The position numbers and the translations under genes were made by a program. This document shows positions 30,051-41,211 of a stretch of 64,000 bases of DNA, one piece after another. Origin of the DNA: Methanotrichaceae archaeon. GTDB taxonomy: Archaea > Halobacteriota > Methanosarcinia > Methanotrichales > Methanotrichaceae. Where the stretch lies: positions 288,001 through 352,000 of the forward strand of contig CAWDLW010000008.1 of the NCBI GenBank assembly GCA_963803145.1, in the 5' to 3' direction. Below the pieces are notes generated by a model. That model had not been told where the DNA came from. It did not search any database and saw only the letters and a program-made list of their open reading frames with translations. The stretch's first letter is position 1; each line of letters starts with the position of its first letter.

Positions 30051-30530
30051 CTAAATTGTCGGCAACTGATTCGGGCAATTGCAAGATAGCGATGGTGCTA
30101 AAATTATATCCTCATCAGAGGCTTTTTCTTCCTTAGCCTTTTGATAATTGGGGTTTAGCCCGATGGCCTCATTGTAGGCCTCGATAGCTGAAGGGTAATC
30201 TCCCTGTATATCGAAGATCACGCCCATGTTGTACCAGGCTTCTGCATACGATGAATTGATTGTCGTCGCTTTAGTGAATGCATCAAGGGCATCATCATAC
30301 TTATTCAACAAACCAAGATCTATGCCTTTGTTATTCCAGGCTTGGTCGTTCAGTGGATTGATCGCAAGAGCATTATTATAGGCTTGTAATGATCCTGAGA
30401 TGTTGTTTTGGATATAAAGTATCATGCCCTGATTAAACCAGTAAGATGCGTCCGTCGTCTGCCCCAAAGCTGGAGCCATGAGCACAGTAATTAGTATTGA
30501 CAATGCTAGAGTGATCTTTAACGTCGGCAT
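30051..30530 (-). CDS. Secreted tetratricopeptide repeat protein
   Basis: Signal peptide plus three TPRs (AWNNKG, AWYNMG). Confidence 0.88.
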   Translation of the reverse strand: MPTLKITLALSILITVLMAPALGQTTDASYWFNQGMILYIQNNISGSLQAYNNALAINPLNDQAWNNKGIDLGLLNKYDDALDAFTKATTINSSYAEAWYNMGVIFDIQGDYPSAIEAYNEAIGLNPNYQKAKEEKASDEDIILAPSLSCNCPNQLPTI

Positions 30531-30854
30531 TCTTCCCTCCGAGCCTTACTATTCACCTTAGTTGGATAAAAAGGTTTGTGCAATCCCACTTAGGACCTGT
30601 TCAAATAACCTTAAGTGCTTATCTAGTTTGCTCGAGTTCCCAGTTGACAATTGGCCAATATCCTCAATAGAATCGAAGACTTGAAAAAGGTTTTGCAGTC
30701 TGAAGAGCTGGGATCTAATATAGATCTGCAGATTCTATATCTACAGACCCTAGCACCCATTTTTGAAAAGGCCATCCAGCCCTTCAAACTGCCTTTTTCA
30801 GACTACCCGAACGCTTGATAATCGATGATATATGCACGCAGTATATGCATGTAT

Positions 30855-31458
30855 CTAGCGTGTAGCACTGCAGAACCCGTCTGTGCAGACATTCCCAGGA
30901 GGGCAGATGCTTCCGCATGCTCCGCAGTTCTGAGAATCAGTGTTGATATCAGTGCATGTCCCGTTGCAGATAGACTGATTCAATGGATAAATGCAATCGC
31001 CATTTACACAGCTTGCACCTGATGGACATACTTTTCCGCATGAGCCGCAATTAGATGCATCGCTCGTAATATCAGCACACGTTCCATTGCAAGAGACTTG
31101 ACCTGCAGGACAGGAGCACTTTCCGTTAACACAATACTTATCTGGAGAGCAGGCTTTTCCGCATGCTCCGCAGTTTAGCGCATCGATACTTGTATCAACG
31201 CATGTTCCATTACATAGCGTAAGACCTGCCATGCATGAACAGGTTCCATTTACACATGACTTTCCCAGAGGGCATGCATTTCCGCACGATCCACAGTTAA
31301 GTAGATCGACGCTGGTGTCGGTACATGTTCCGTTACATCGTGTAAGACCATCCAGCGCAGACGGGGCTACTTGAGGAGTTGGTTAAGCTATCAACCATTC
31401 CGCAATTCACCGATAACAATATTAAGAATATTATGAATTTGATATAGCTTTTTTTCAT
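30855..31458 (-). pseudogene. Secreted Cys-rich repeat protein (CxDxxxDxxNCGxCGxxC repeats), frameshifted after the signal peptide
   Basis: ATG at 31458 gives MKKSYIKFIIFLILLSVNCG...VC. Four repeats follow in another frame. Frameshift lies at ~31355-31385. Confidence 0.7.
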
Positions 31459-31731
31459 TTTATTCTCACCCACGAATTGATTCAATTCTTCATTCTATTA
31501 GAGCTTTTTGAGACATATACTATTAAGTTATAATCACTACACAAATATGAAGATTTTCATGTTGTTGATACAATGGTATACACTATGAACTTTTTAGGTC
31601 CCATACTTATTGGGATTATCCAATAGCGTGCTGAATATTGTTATAGAAAAAGAAAAGGTAAAATAGTTCATTTCCATCTCGGATCAGTTCGATGTCAGGG
31701 TACCAAAAAATCGAACCCATGCCGATCTAAG

Positions 31732-32877
<1,146 letters not shown>

Positions 32878-33143
32878 TCATTGAATAGATGAACCTCATA
32901 AAGTATAACCCTTTTCCAGCTCTGGGAAATTTCGCGCTTAGAGTTCAGGATAGCCTCTCTATAATATAGGCTCTTATATATAGGCTCTTATTAAATAGCA
33001 ATTGATTAAATAGCAATTAGTCTTGCTACTATGGCAACTATCCTCAATCCTTCCCTCCAGTGCTCGCATATTGACCTCAAGAAAACCCATCATGAAAGCG
33101 CTGAGGCATAAAGAGATATATTTTTGGAGACAATTTTCCTTTG

Positions 33144-34064
33144 ATGGCTCTTGTCATAGGCCACAGGGGTGCAAAGGCATTAGCACCTGAAAATACCCTT
33201 GAGGGAATAAGAACAGCAGCCAAATGCAGAGCTGATGCAGTCGAGGTAGATGTCAGGCTAACAAAGGATGGTGTCTTGGTCCTGATGCATGACGAGACTG
33301 TGGATCGTACAACGAGTGGCAAGGGCAAGGTAGAAGATCTGAGCTGGGAGGAGATCAAGGCTCTAGATACCGGAGGCCAGAAGGTTCCTACCCTCGGAGA
33401 GGCACTAGCCGAAGTTCACAAGCTGGGCATATCCATCATCGTAGAGATGAAAGAAGAGGGGATTGAAGAGTTGGTGGCAGAGGCTTTGAAGGGCAGCAAT
33501 GCAATCGTTACATCATTTTATCATTCATCGCTTCGCGAGGTCAAGGACATCTCAAATATAAAAACCGGAATCATAATGTCTTCATTACCCATCAAACCTG
33601 TTGAGCTTGCCTTATGGGCTAACGCAGATGCCATCTTTCCAAAAAGAACAAACCCTAGGCTCTTCAAGGATGCCCATAGGCGTGGTGTAGCGGTCTATCC
33701 CTGGACTGTAAATACTATTGCTGAGGCAGGATGGCTTCTAAGGCTGGGTGCTGATGGCCTGGTAACCGATGATCCATGTCTGATCAGAGAAGCGGTAGAC
33801 AGTCCCGTGAAGGCAACTGTGAAAAGCAACTGCGAATACTACCCCTGCCATCATTTTCCCGAACAGGATTGTACCCATTGCTTCTGCCCATTATATCCCT
33901 GCAAAGATGCCGAACTTGGCAGATTTGTGAAGACTAAAAAGGGAAAGAGGGTATGGACATGCATAGATTGCAGGCTCGTCCATAAGCCTGGCATAGCAAA
34001 GTACCTTGCAGAGCACCCTGATGCGGCTACTTCTGAGCTAAAAGCCTTGGATAGTGCGAGCTGA
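33144..34064 (+). CDS. Glycerophosphodiester phosphodiesterase fused to a cysteine-rich small domain
   Basis: GHRGA...PENT...EVDVRLTKDG...HD. C-terminal CEYYPCH...CTHCFCPLYPC...WTCIDC...H. Confidence 0.88.
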   Translation: MALVIGHRGAKALAPENTLEGIRTAAKCRADAVEVDVRLTKDGVLVLMHDETVDRTTSGKGKVEDLSWEEIKALDTGGQKVPTLGEALAEVHKLGISIIVEMKEEGIEELVAEALKGSNAIVTSFYHSSLREVKDISNIKTGIIMSSLPIKPVELALWANADAIFPKRTNPRLFKDAHRRGVAVYPWTVNTIAEAGWLLRLGADGLVTDDPCLIREAVDSPVKATVKSNCEYYPCHHFPEQDCTHCFCPLYPCKDAELGRFVKTKKGKRVWTCIDCRLVHKPGIAKYLAEHPDAATSELKALDSAS

Positions 34065-34252
34065 TCCACATTTCCTTGAGGCTAAGACTTACATGGTTTA
34101 CAATAGATTTCCATGTCAGTGCCAGAGCATAGCGATAAAGCGTAAATAAAAAATTCAAATTAAAATTATGCCCTATTGGCAAGAGTTTCGTTTCCTGAAA
34201 CAGCCCTCGGCGACAGAAAGATTTAAGGGCAAGTGAGAACAATGCGGAAATC

Positions 34253-34606
34253 ATGAGACAGGTTATAATTGTATTAATCGCCCTATTGGCTATCAGCATT
34301 TTTACGCCTACAATACTGGCGAAACAGGGAAACACTGGACCAGCTTTAGCAAGTATAACGAATATGTCCAGTTACACCGCACCGAAATCGGACTCTGATT
34401 TGGCTGTATTTGGGATTACAACGGGGATGAAGAACTTCCTCGATGGCAACTTCACTCCTTCCACAACGAATTACAAAGATGTGATGACCAATAACAACGG
34501 CGCAAAGTGGGATATTTTGAATTTCCTCGACCCTAATTATACGCCAGCTACCGCTGATGTTTTTCCAGTATCAACTCCCATAGCTAAGATGCACGTGATG
34601 ACCTAA
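34253..34606 (+). CDS. Secreted hypothetical protein
   Basis: Signal peptide. Internal repeat NFLDGNFTP / NFLDPNYTP. Confidence 0.65.
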   Translation: MRQVIIVLIALLAISIFTPTILAKQGNTGPALASITNMSSYTAPKSDSDLAVFGITTGMKNFLDGNFTPSTTNYKDVMTNNNGAKWDILNFLDPNYTPATADVFPVSTPIAKMHVMT

Positions 34607-34633
34607 AACATACCACTAAGGTTAAAGCACTCA

Positions 34634-34661
34634 TGATAGGCGCAATCCATCGCGCCTATCA
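34634..34661 (+). terminator. Stem-loop downstream of the 34253 gene
   Basis: TGATAGGCGC / GCGCCTATCA 10-bp stem. Confidence 0.45.
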
Positions 34662-34839
34662 GCCTACTTTAGTCGTTTTTCCTGTAATTTCTCTTTGTTA
34701 CGCTGATTTGAAATAAGTCCAATAGCTAAACAGAAGTGAGCGACTGCGATGCAGAAACCCGCCAATAAAATAGCGGCGGATTTATGGCATCGAGTCTTTA
34801 ATACAACTGCCTGCTCAAAAGGCTAATTTTGAGAGCCTT

Positions 34840-35240
34840 TTAACTCTGATGTTGAACGACCTTTTCTCGTATCATTGCAAGAGGTTTCCTGTATTGATGC
34901 TTATTTTCAGTACACCTATATATCCCAACGATCTTCCCGACGACCTCTTCAGTCTCCACCAGATCTACCCGAGATCCACAACTGGGGCATCTCTCCGCTT
35001 TGGCGGTTGCTAAAACCTCATCATCATGTGTGTCGGCCTCAGGATCTTCGCCCGTAGAAATATTCAGCGTTGTCATCCAGGCATACTTCAATGCCATTGT
35101 CTGTGGCTTTGCTACAGCTTTATCCCCGATATCCTGGCCTCTCTGTTTGGCTCAGTATCTTTGAAACCACAATAGTCGCCAAGTTCTGCTCAACGCAGGC
35201 TGCATTCACCTTCTCTAGGACTGCAGCAGTGCTAGAAAGT
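34840..35240 (-). pseudogene. ERF-family ssDNA-annealing recombinase remnant with C-terminal zinc finger
   Basis: AAVLEKVNAACVEQNLATIV, then after a frame change GQDIGDKAVAKPQTMALKYAWMTTLNISTGEDPEAD (ERF signature) and CPSCG...CTENKH. Confidence 0.75.
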
Positions 35241-35280
35241 ACAAGTTGTAAAAAAATATCCGATAACTATTCTAGACTTG

Positions 35281-37029
35281 TCATCTCTCGCCCATATACC
35301 TTTTTAGAAGCAAACTTACCATATCGTAAGGTATCGTATGTTTTTCCATTCTCAAGAGGCGGTCCACAACATCTGCCTCTGCCTTATACGAAGATACTAC
35401 CCCTTCGGCATAAGCCAGGCCCTCGGCCGTGAGCATATATTCATAGCGTTGGAGCCATCTATCATCAAGTTCATAATGCCTCTGATCCTGATAGATCATG
35501 CCCATAGCGACAAGGATCTGAATATCCTCGAAGAGCCTCTCGCTATATGGAAAGCCGTACTCCGATTGGAATGAGTAATCGTACAGGCCGGATAGACGTG
35601 CATCACTCTTAAGAGAGTTTACTGTCCTGTATAGCCAGGTGATGTTCCTAATCCTAGGAACAAGGATCCTCTCATCAAAGGTTTCACTAAGCATTCTGTG
35701 CAAGACAAAGAAAACTATCAGCAGCCCATCTATCGTCAGATAGCTTTCCTTCCTTATGAAACCCAGGAGCTTAAATGCCTGATCTTTCACATCTTCTAGA
35801 GAGATCTCAAGCATTTTATCTGAGAAGAATGAAAGCGAGATCTGTCTTGTGATGGATTTCACAAGGCCAGACGCCAGCGATGACTCATCATAAAGGAACC
35901 CATCCCCCTCGGTTCTCATCGATCTCGGAACTCCGCTGCCAACAGAAATGTCTACCAGTGCCCCATATTTTTTCCCAAGCCCATCCTCGAAAAGCTTTCT
36001 AGCCCTTTCATTACGTGAAATGGTAGAGAGCGCCATCCTTATTCCTGGCGGGAGAAGCCTATGATCAAATCTTGCGGCAAGGGGATATTCATTGCCATAC
36101 TTGATGCATCTAAGGAGTTCGCGCGCTTGGTCGTCGCCATTTTCAAATATAAATCTCAAAAGATCAGGGTCAGTGTACTCTCTGAAGAAAAGAATTATCC
36201 TTGATCTTGCCTCATCGACCTCTATTTTCTCCAAGGACGCCTCAAGGGCAGCCAAAAGCATTGCCCTGATTGATTGGACCTGAGGATGATGTATCAGGGC
36301 GTTATAATGGTGAGCCCTTGCAATAAGCATCGATTCAGCTGCCGTTCTGGACATCTCTGATTTGTAATCATCTCCTCCTGCCAGAACGATTTTGCCATTA
36401 TGGACCATAAGTGCCTGGATGACTTGATCTGCATCTATGAGCCCTAAGCTAACACCACAGTGGTGTGAGTCTCTTAGAAGGAAATCAATCCTATCAGCAT
36501 CAATATCGCCTGATACAATTTGTCCCAGCGGCCTTCTTTTGCCAAGCGCGATATCAGCAACCTCTCTAAATAGCGTATCGGCATTTTCTAGATCTTTATC
36601 GGCCAAGGAAATTGCCTTATCTCCGAATGGGTGGCGAGTGATTATGTCATGTGTGAACTCCTCATGCCTTGAAATCCGCCTGCCTTCAACTAGGGGCTGA
36701 ATCTCAGGATTTCTGCCCAAGACGCCCTCCACAGCATGAGAGAGAGCCGAATGCCCCACATCATGCAAAAGTCCTGCAATCCTGACCTTGCGGACATCAA
36801 TTGCATCGAATCCAAGACGGCTTGCTATCAGGCCTGCCATATGCATAGTGCCTATGCTGTGCTCAAGCCGTGTGTGATTCGCTCCAGGATAGACAGTATC
36901 CACAAGGCCAAGCTGCTTAATTCCCCTCAGACGCTGCATAGGCCGCGACTTTATGAGCAGCCATTCTAGATCATCGGGATAAATTGCGCCGTAGATAGGG
37001 TCATAGATCGTCGGCGGTACATTGCTCAA
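35281..37029 (-). CDS. HD-domain phosphohydrolase (SAMHD1/YwfO-like) with C-terminal winged-helix-like domain
   Basis: DPIYG, QRLRGIKQLG...YPGANHTRLEHSIG, LLHDVGH...SH, IDADRIDFLLRDS. Confidence 0.88.
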   Translation of the reverse strand: MSNVPPTIYDPIYGAIYPDDLEWLLIKSRPMQRLRGIKQLGLVDTVYPGANHTRLEHSIGTMHMAGLIASRLGFDAIDVRKVRIAGLLHDVGHSALSHAVEGVLGRNPEIQPLVEGRRISRHEEFTHDIITRHPFGDKAISLADKDLENADTLFREVADIALGKRRPLGQIVSGDIDADRIDFLLRDSHHCGVSLGLIDADQVIQALMVHNGKIVLAGGDDYKSEMSRTAAESMLIARAHHYNALIHHPQVQSIRAMLLAALEASLEKIEVDEARSRIILFFREYTDPDLLRFIFENGDDQARELLRCIKYGNEYPLAARFDHRLLPPGIRMALSTISRNERARKLFEDGLGKKYGALVDISVGSGVPRSMRTEGDGFLYDESSLASGLVKSITRQISLSFFSDKMLEISLEDVKDQAFKLLGFIRKESYLTIDGLLIVFFVLHRMLSETFDERILVPRIRNITWLYRTVNSLKSDARLSGLYDYSFQSEYGFPYSERLFEDIQILVAMGMIYQDQRHYELDDRWLQRYEYMLTAEGLAYAEGVVSSYKAEADVVDRLLRMEKHTIPYDMVSLLLKRYMGER

Positions 37030-37101
37030 GCTGGCCCTCTGACAACTACCGTCATTTCCACTTCGGTTGTTGCTATCATTCTATTCTAGAAGTCAAGTGC
37101 C

Positions 37102-37497
37102 TCATTTTGTGCCAAGCTTCATTATAGCTGCCGCGATATCTCCCCTTGACTCAATTAAGGCAGCCTTTGCAGTTTCTGCGCTTGCACCTGTCTGGGCCAC
37201 AACTAGGTCGACATCCGAATCAGGTATGGTTACTTCAGGCTCCTTTCCAATCTCCGCTCCCGGCCCGGCCGCCGGCCGCTCGCTTGAATCGCCGGAGATC
37301 TGATAGCTTCTGACACCATGGGCATCCATCACTGCAACTGTCGCATTCTCGATGACGATCTCCTTGTCAGCCATTCGGATAATGACTTCTTTCACGCCAT
37401 CAAGCTCATCGATGTCTATGCCCATGTTTTTCAGCATTCCTTTCATCTTCTTGGGGCTCATGCCCCTTCCGCCGGCACCCGGCAAACCTGGAAACAT
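37102..37497 (-). CDS. nac: Nascent polypeptide-associated complex protein
   Basis: PKKMKGMLKNMGIDI...EVIIR...YQISG, UBA-like DVDLVVAQTGAS...GDIAAAIMKL. Confidence 0.95.
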   Translation of the reverse strand: MFPGLPGAGGRGMSPKKMKGMLKNMGIDIDELDGVKEVIIRMADKEIVIENATVAVMDAHGVRSYQISGDSSERPAAGPGAEIGKEPEVTIPDSDVDLVVAQTGASAETAKAALIESRGDIAAAIMKLGTK

Positions 37498-37640
37498 ATG
37501 ATCACTAATTTCGGCCGTGAATATAAATATTCAACCTATTCGGTCTTTTTCTTTAAGGAAAAGTTGGAAGCAAAATACGGAATAAATAATGAGCTTATCT
37601 TACAACTGTGCTTTGCTTATTTATTATTACCTATTCTTAT

Positions 37641-37805
37641 CTATTCGCGACTTATAATTTTGCGTTCATGACGGTCAAGGTACTCCTTTATCGCCTCAAC
37701 TATCACATCCGACTGCTGGCAATAAAGGGTTCCTCTACTTCTGGCGATGAAGATCTTCAATCTATCATAAATCTCTGGGGGGATATCGGCATCTACTCGG
37801 GGCAT
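37641..37805 (-). CDS. Small ribbon-helix-helix protein, 54 aa
   Basis: Not in ORF track. MPRVDADIPPEIYDRLKIFIARSRGTLYCQQSDVIVEAIKEYLDRHERKIISRE. Confidence 0.65.
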   Translation of the reverse strand: MPRVDADIPPEIYDRLKIFIARSRGTLYCQQSDVIVEAIKEYLDRHERKIISRE

Positions 37806-38020
37806 AATTGATCCCACACTGTTATCTTACTAATACTTAAGCAATCCTGTGAAAATAACTGGGTTTCTATGATTGTTTTGCCATTAATCTAGATAATGTT
37901 CATAATAATTGTAATATTAATAATTGTTATATTGTTCTGTGCTGAAACGATATCTAGCCAAGCCTCGGACAATCAAAGGAAAAAGGTTTTATCAGTAGTA
38001 GTTTAATCCTGAATCGCCGT

Positions 38021-40120
38021 TTGAGGTGGGAGATATTGAGACAGAAGAGTTCATTGCCATGGGATCTGTTAGAGGCTGCTCTGCTTTCATTGTTGACCAT
38101 AGAGCTCACTCTGCTCCCCCACGACATAGTCGAATTCAGTGCTCCTTTAGGCATCGTTCTGGTGATATTTCTTCCGGGATATTCAATCATTCTAGCCCTG
38201 TTTCCACGTGCTAGCGATCTTGCAATTAAAGAACGGATGCTTCTGAGCTTAGTGGCGAGCGCAATAGTTGCAGTTTTGACGGCCCTTTGCCTCAGCATTG
38301 TGGGCGAGATCATGCCCTCAACTTTTGCTTCTGCCCTCGCAGTCATCTCCCTGGCTTTAATCACTATAGCCTACATAAGATGGGCCGCACTACCCAGTGG
38401 ATGGAGATTCATCCCAAGCTTTGGGAGCGATATCCTGCCGGCTGGTGGCAGGCAGGGTATCAAAAAGCAACGAAGAACATATATAATTCTCCTCTCACTA
38501 GCAGCGGTTATAATCATCTCAGCCTATGCTTATTCTAGCCATACTAATAATAATGCCAATACCATTACTATCATGTCCACTGCTTCCCCAGCAGAGAATG
38601 GCGAAAAGAAGTTTACAGAATTCTATATTCTAGATGAATCTTCTCAGGCTCCTATTGAGGCCGGCAGCAGAAGCACAATTATGGCAGGAATAATAAACCG
38701 AGAACATCGCACAGTAGATTACACATTGAGGCTTGTCATCAATGATTCTATATTATCAGAAAAGAGCATTAAGCTGAATCATAACAATAGCTGGGAGGGA
38801 CCGCTGAGCTATACCATTGGAAGCCCTGTCAATATGCAGAGGCTTGATCTACTTCTCTATAAAGATGGTAATTTCCAAAAACCCTACGATGAGAGGAATA
38901 TCTGGATAAATGTATCAGGCCAAGTCGTAACGCCAAATAAAAACATGGGTGAAAGCAGCTCCGAATCGGAACCGAAAGACCTATCAGATAACAGCACAGC
39001 TGAACTACAGCACAATGAAGAATCAGCAAGCGATGCTATCAATTCCCAGAATTCAGGGGCTTCCCCAATTGAAGAGAACAAACCTGAGACAGAGGAAGCT
39101 CAACCTCAAGATGTGATCTCCAACACAAACTCTACTTCGTTATCGGAACAAGAGAAGCCACAGCAAAATGACACCTCCGAAAACCTTTCAGAAGTAGCTG
39201 CCGGGGAGAATAGCTCACCCAAGCCTCTGACAATAAATACTTCCGGCGGGAACAAAACTTGGAACTTTTCAAGTAGCACCGAGACAATGAATGTCTCAGA
39301 TGCCGATCAAGAGGCTCACGAGACCAATGCGACAGCAGGCAGTCCAAAGGGGCAGGAAAATATCGGCATCAATAGAAACCCAGATAGCAACTTGAACAAT
39401 GGATTCAACGGTAGTTTTAACATCAACTCCAGCAGCTCCGAGATTGAAAAGATAAAAGCATTAGTGCAATCTAGGATTAACCAATCTAAGAATAACTTCT
39501 CAATCAATAAATCCATGGTCAATCCCTATGCCACAGCTCAGAAATTCTACACACGCCCTAAACCTGGATCCACTACTCCAGATGAACCCACTGCATTAGA
39601 GACTAATCAAATATCAAATACAAGTAAACCAGAAGTAAAGAGCGGACTCGATAGCAATGGCATATATAAGATCCAGTCAGCGGTAACATCTGGAACGGAT
39701 AAATCAGGTTCCGATAGCATTTCACAAACTACATCGGAAAAGACTTCAGATAAATCCAAAAGCCAATCTAATAAAAACATAGATACACCCAATGAAACAT
39801 CGAACAATGTTTCCGCAGATAATACGGCTAAAATTAATTCGGCCAGTACTGATGTAAATAATAAGGTAAATATATCTGCAAATAAGTCGGCAAATAATCC
39901 TAAGAACGTCTCCCCACAACCTAAGACGTCAGCACAGCAGGATATAGAAGGTGTCAGAATGGCAGAGATGTCTCAAAAGATCGACTCCTGGGTGAAAACG
40001 CGCGGCATGAACCCCTCAAAGTCATCAAATAACTATAAATCTGACATCATTCAGTTCAATGGCGCAAACAATAGTGTCGCCCTTGGTGGCCAATCAGCGG
40101 CGGTAAAGAAGTTAGGATGA
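38021..40120 (+). CDS. DUF1616 membrane protein with long Ser/Asn-rich tail
   Basis: FLPGYSIILALFP...ERMLLS, FTEFYIL, GIINRE...Y. Low-complexity C-terminal half. Confidence 0.82.
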   Translation: MRWEILRQKSSLPWDLLEAALLSLLTIELTLLPHDIVEFSAPLGIVLVIFLPGYSIILALFPRASDLAIKERMLLSLVASAIVAVLTALCLSIVGEIMPSTFASALAVISLALITIAYIRWAALPSGWRFIPSFGSDILPAGGRQGIKKQRRTYIILLSLAAVIIISAYAYSSHTNNNANTITIMSTASPAENGEKKFTEFYILDESSQAPIEAGSRSTIMAGIINREHRTVDYTLRLVINDSILSEKSIKLNHNNSWEGPLSYTIGSPVNMQRLDLLLYKDGNFQKPYDERNIWINVSGQVVTPNKNMGESSSESEPKDLSDNSTAELQHNEESASDAINSQNSGASPIEENKPETEEAQPQDVISNTNSTSLSEQEKPQQNDTSENLSEVAAGENSSPKPLTINTSGGNKTWNFSSSTETMNVSDADQEAHETNATAGSPKGQENIGINRNPDSNLNNGFNGSFNINSSSSEIEKIKALVQSRINQSKNNFSINKSMVNPYATAQKFYTRPKPGSTTPDEPTALETNQISNTSKPEVKSGLDSNGIYKIQSAVTSGTDKSGSDSISQTTSEKTSDKSKSQSNKNIDTPNETSNNVSADNTAKINSASTDVNNKVNISANKSANNPKNVSPQPKTSAQQDIEGVRMAEMSQKIDSWVKTRGMNPSKSSNNYKSDIIQFNGANNSVALGGQSAAVKKLG

Positions 40121-40180
40121 AATTGATATTATGATATTGATATCTTTAGTTTGGGGTTAGCTACCAGATATTTCCCGATC

Positions 40181-41152
40181 TTACATCCATTCGTAATGGG
40201 CCATTACCTCGGGCACGAACTCATAGAGAAGACTGTTCTCAACATAGCCAAAGAAGAGGCAACCTTTACAGTCTATTGTCTCCCTTTTACGTGCCTCTTT
40301 CGATTCCTCCCAGATCTTTGAGACGCCGCTTGCTATATTTCCAAGAGGCTCACTATGAACTCTACAGTTCTCGATGCTGCCATCGGAAGCTACATGAAGT
40401 ATAATATCGCTGGCGTGGCATCTGAATTTTGGATCCAAGGTCTTTATCATCCGCAGGTAAGTTGTAGAATTTATTATTGGCATGCCATCTTTCTTCAGCT
40501 CTATTAATCGGTCAATGGCACTCTCGTACCCACAGATATCTCTGATTCCAAGTTCGTCCCAAACGTCAGCCACTATACCCTTAGACTCGTTGATGGGCTC
40601 GAAGGATATCCAGATGCCCAAAGATTCGGCCAGATGGACAAGCGCCTCTAGCTCATGCAGGTTTTTGCCGTTTATTACACAGTTTATGAGGATCTCATGG
40701 CCTGCATCCTTAGCAGCTTTGATGCCGTCAAGTACTTCGCTGAAATCAGCGTTACGAATATCCCTATAGCTCTCGATGCCGTCTAAAGATACAGAGAGAT
40801 AATCAAGATCATTTAGCTCATGCACTCTCTTTCGCAGAAGTGTTCCATTGGTTACAAGCGATGTGAGGAGTCCGAGGCTCTTGGCATGCCTCAATATCTG
40901 GGGCAGGTCCTGTCTTAAAAGAGGCTCAACGGTCCATGCGTTATACACACCTATTCCAAAGTCTTTCGCTTCATCAAGCATACGGAATATCTCAGGAGTG
41001 CTCATCGCCTCGCCTGGACTTCGCCAATACTCACAAAAGCTGCATTTGAGATTACAACTAGCGTTAATGCCATGAGATAAAACAAAAGGCCTTCCCCTTA
41101 CTCTCATCTGCCAGAGCGCTTTGAGCGCTAGCCTAGGCGAAAATGTCCTCAT
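40181..41152 (-). CDS. Radical SAM protein with C-terminal Cys-containing (SPASM-like) domain
   Basis: CNLKCSFC motif, EPLLR, VTNG, VSLDG, C-terminal CKGC. Confidence 0.88.
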   Translation of the reverse strand: MRTFSPRLALKALWQMRVRGRPFVLSHGINASCNLKCSFCEYWRSPGEAMSTPEIFRMLDEAKDFGIGVYNAWTVEPLLRQDLPQILRHAKSLGLLTSLVTNGTLLRKRVHELNDLDYLSVSLDGIESYRDIRNADFSEVLDGIKAAKDAGHEILINCVINGKNLHELEALVHLAESLGIWISFEPINESKGIVADVWDELGIRDICGYESAIDRLIELKKDGMPIINSTTYLRMIKTLDPKFRCHASDIILHVASDGSIENCRVHSEPLGNIASGVSKIWEESKEARKRETIDCKGCLFFGYVENSLLYEFVPEVMAHYEWM

Positions 41153-41211
41153 TCTCGAAATACAGCTCCTGAGCCATGAATTTAGGTTGCCGCATTTTTA
41201 CCTGTCGATCA

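Noticed and set aside
35266-35284. ATG...TAG in frame with the ERF N-terminal fragment, considered as pyrrolysine read-through
   Set aside because: The gene also has a deletion and frameshift, so decay explains it. No pyl genes are in the window.
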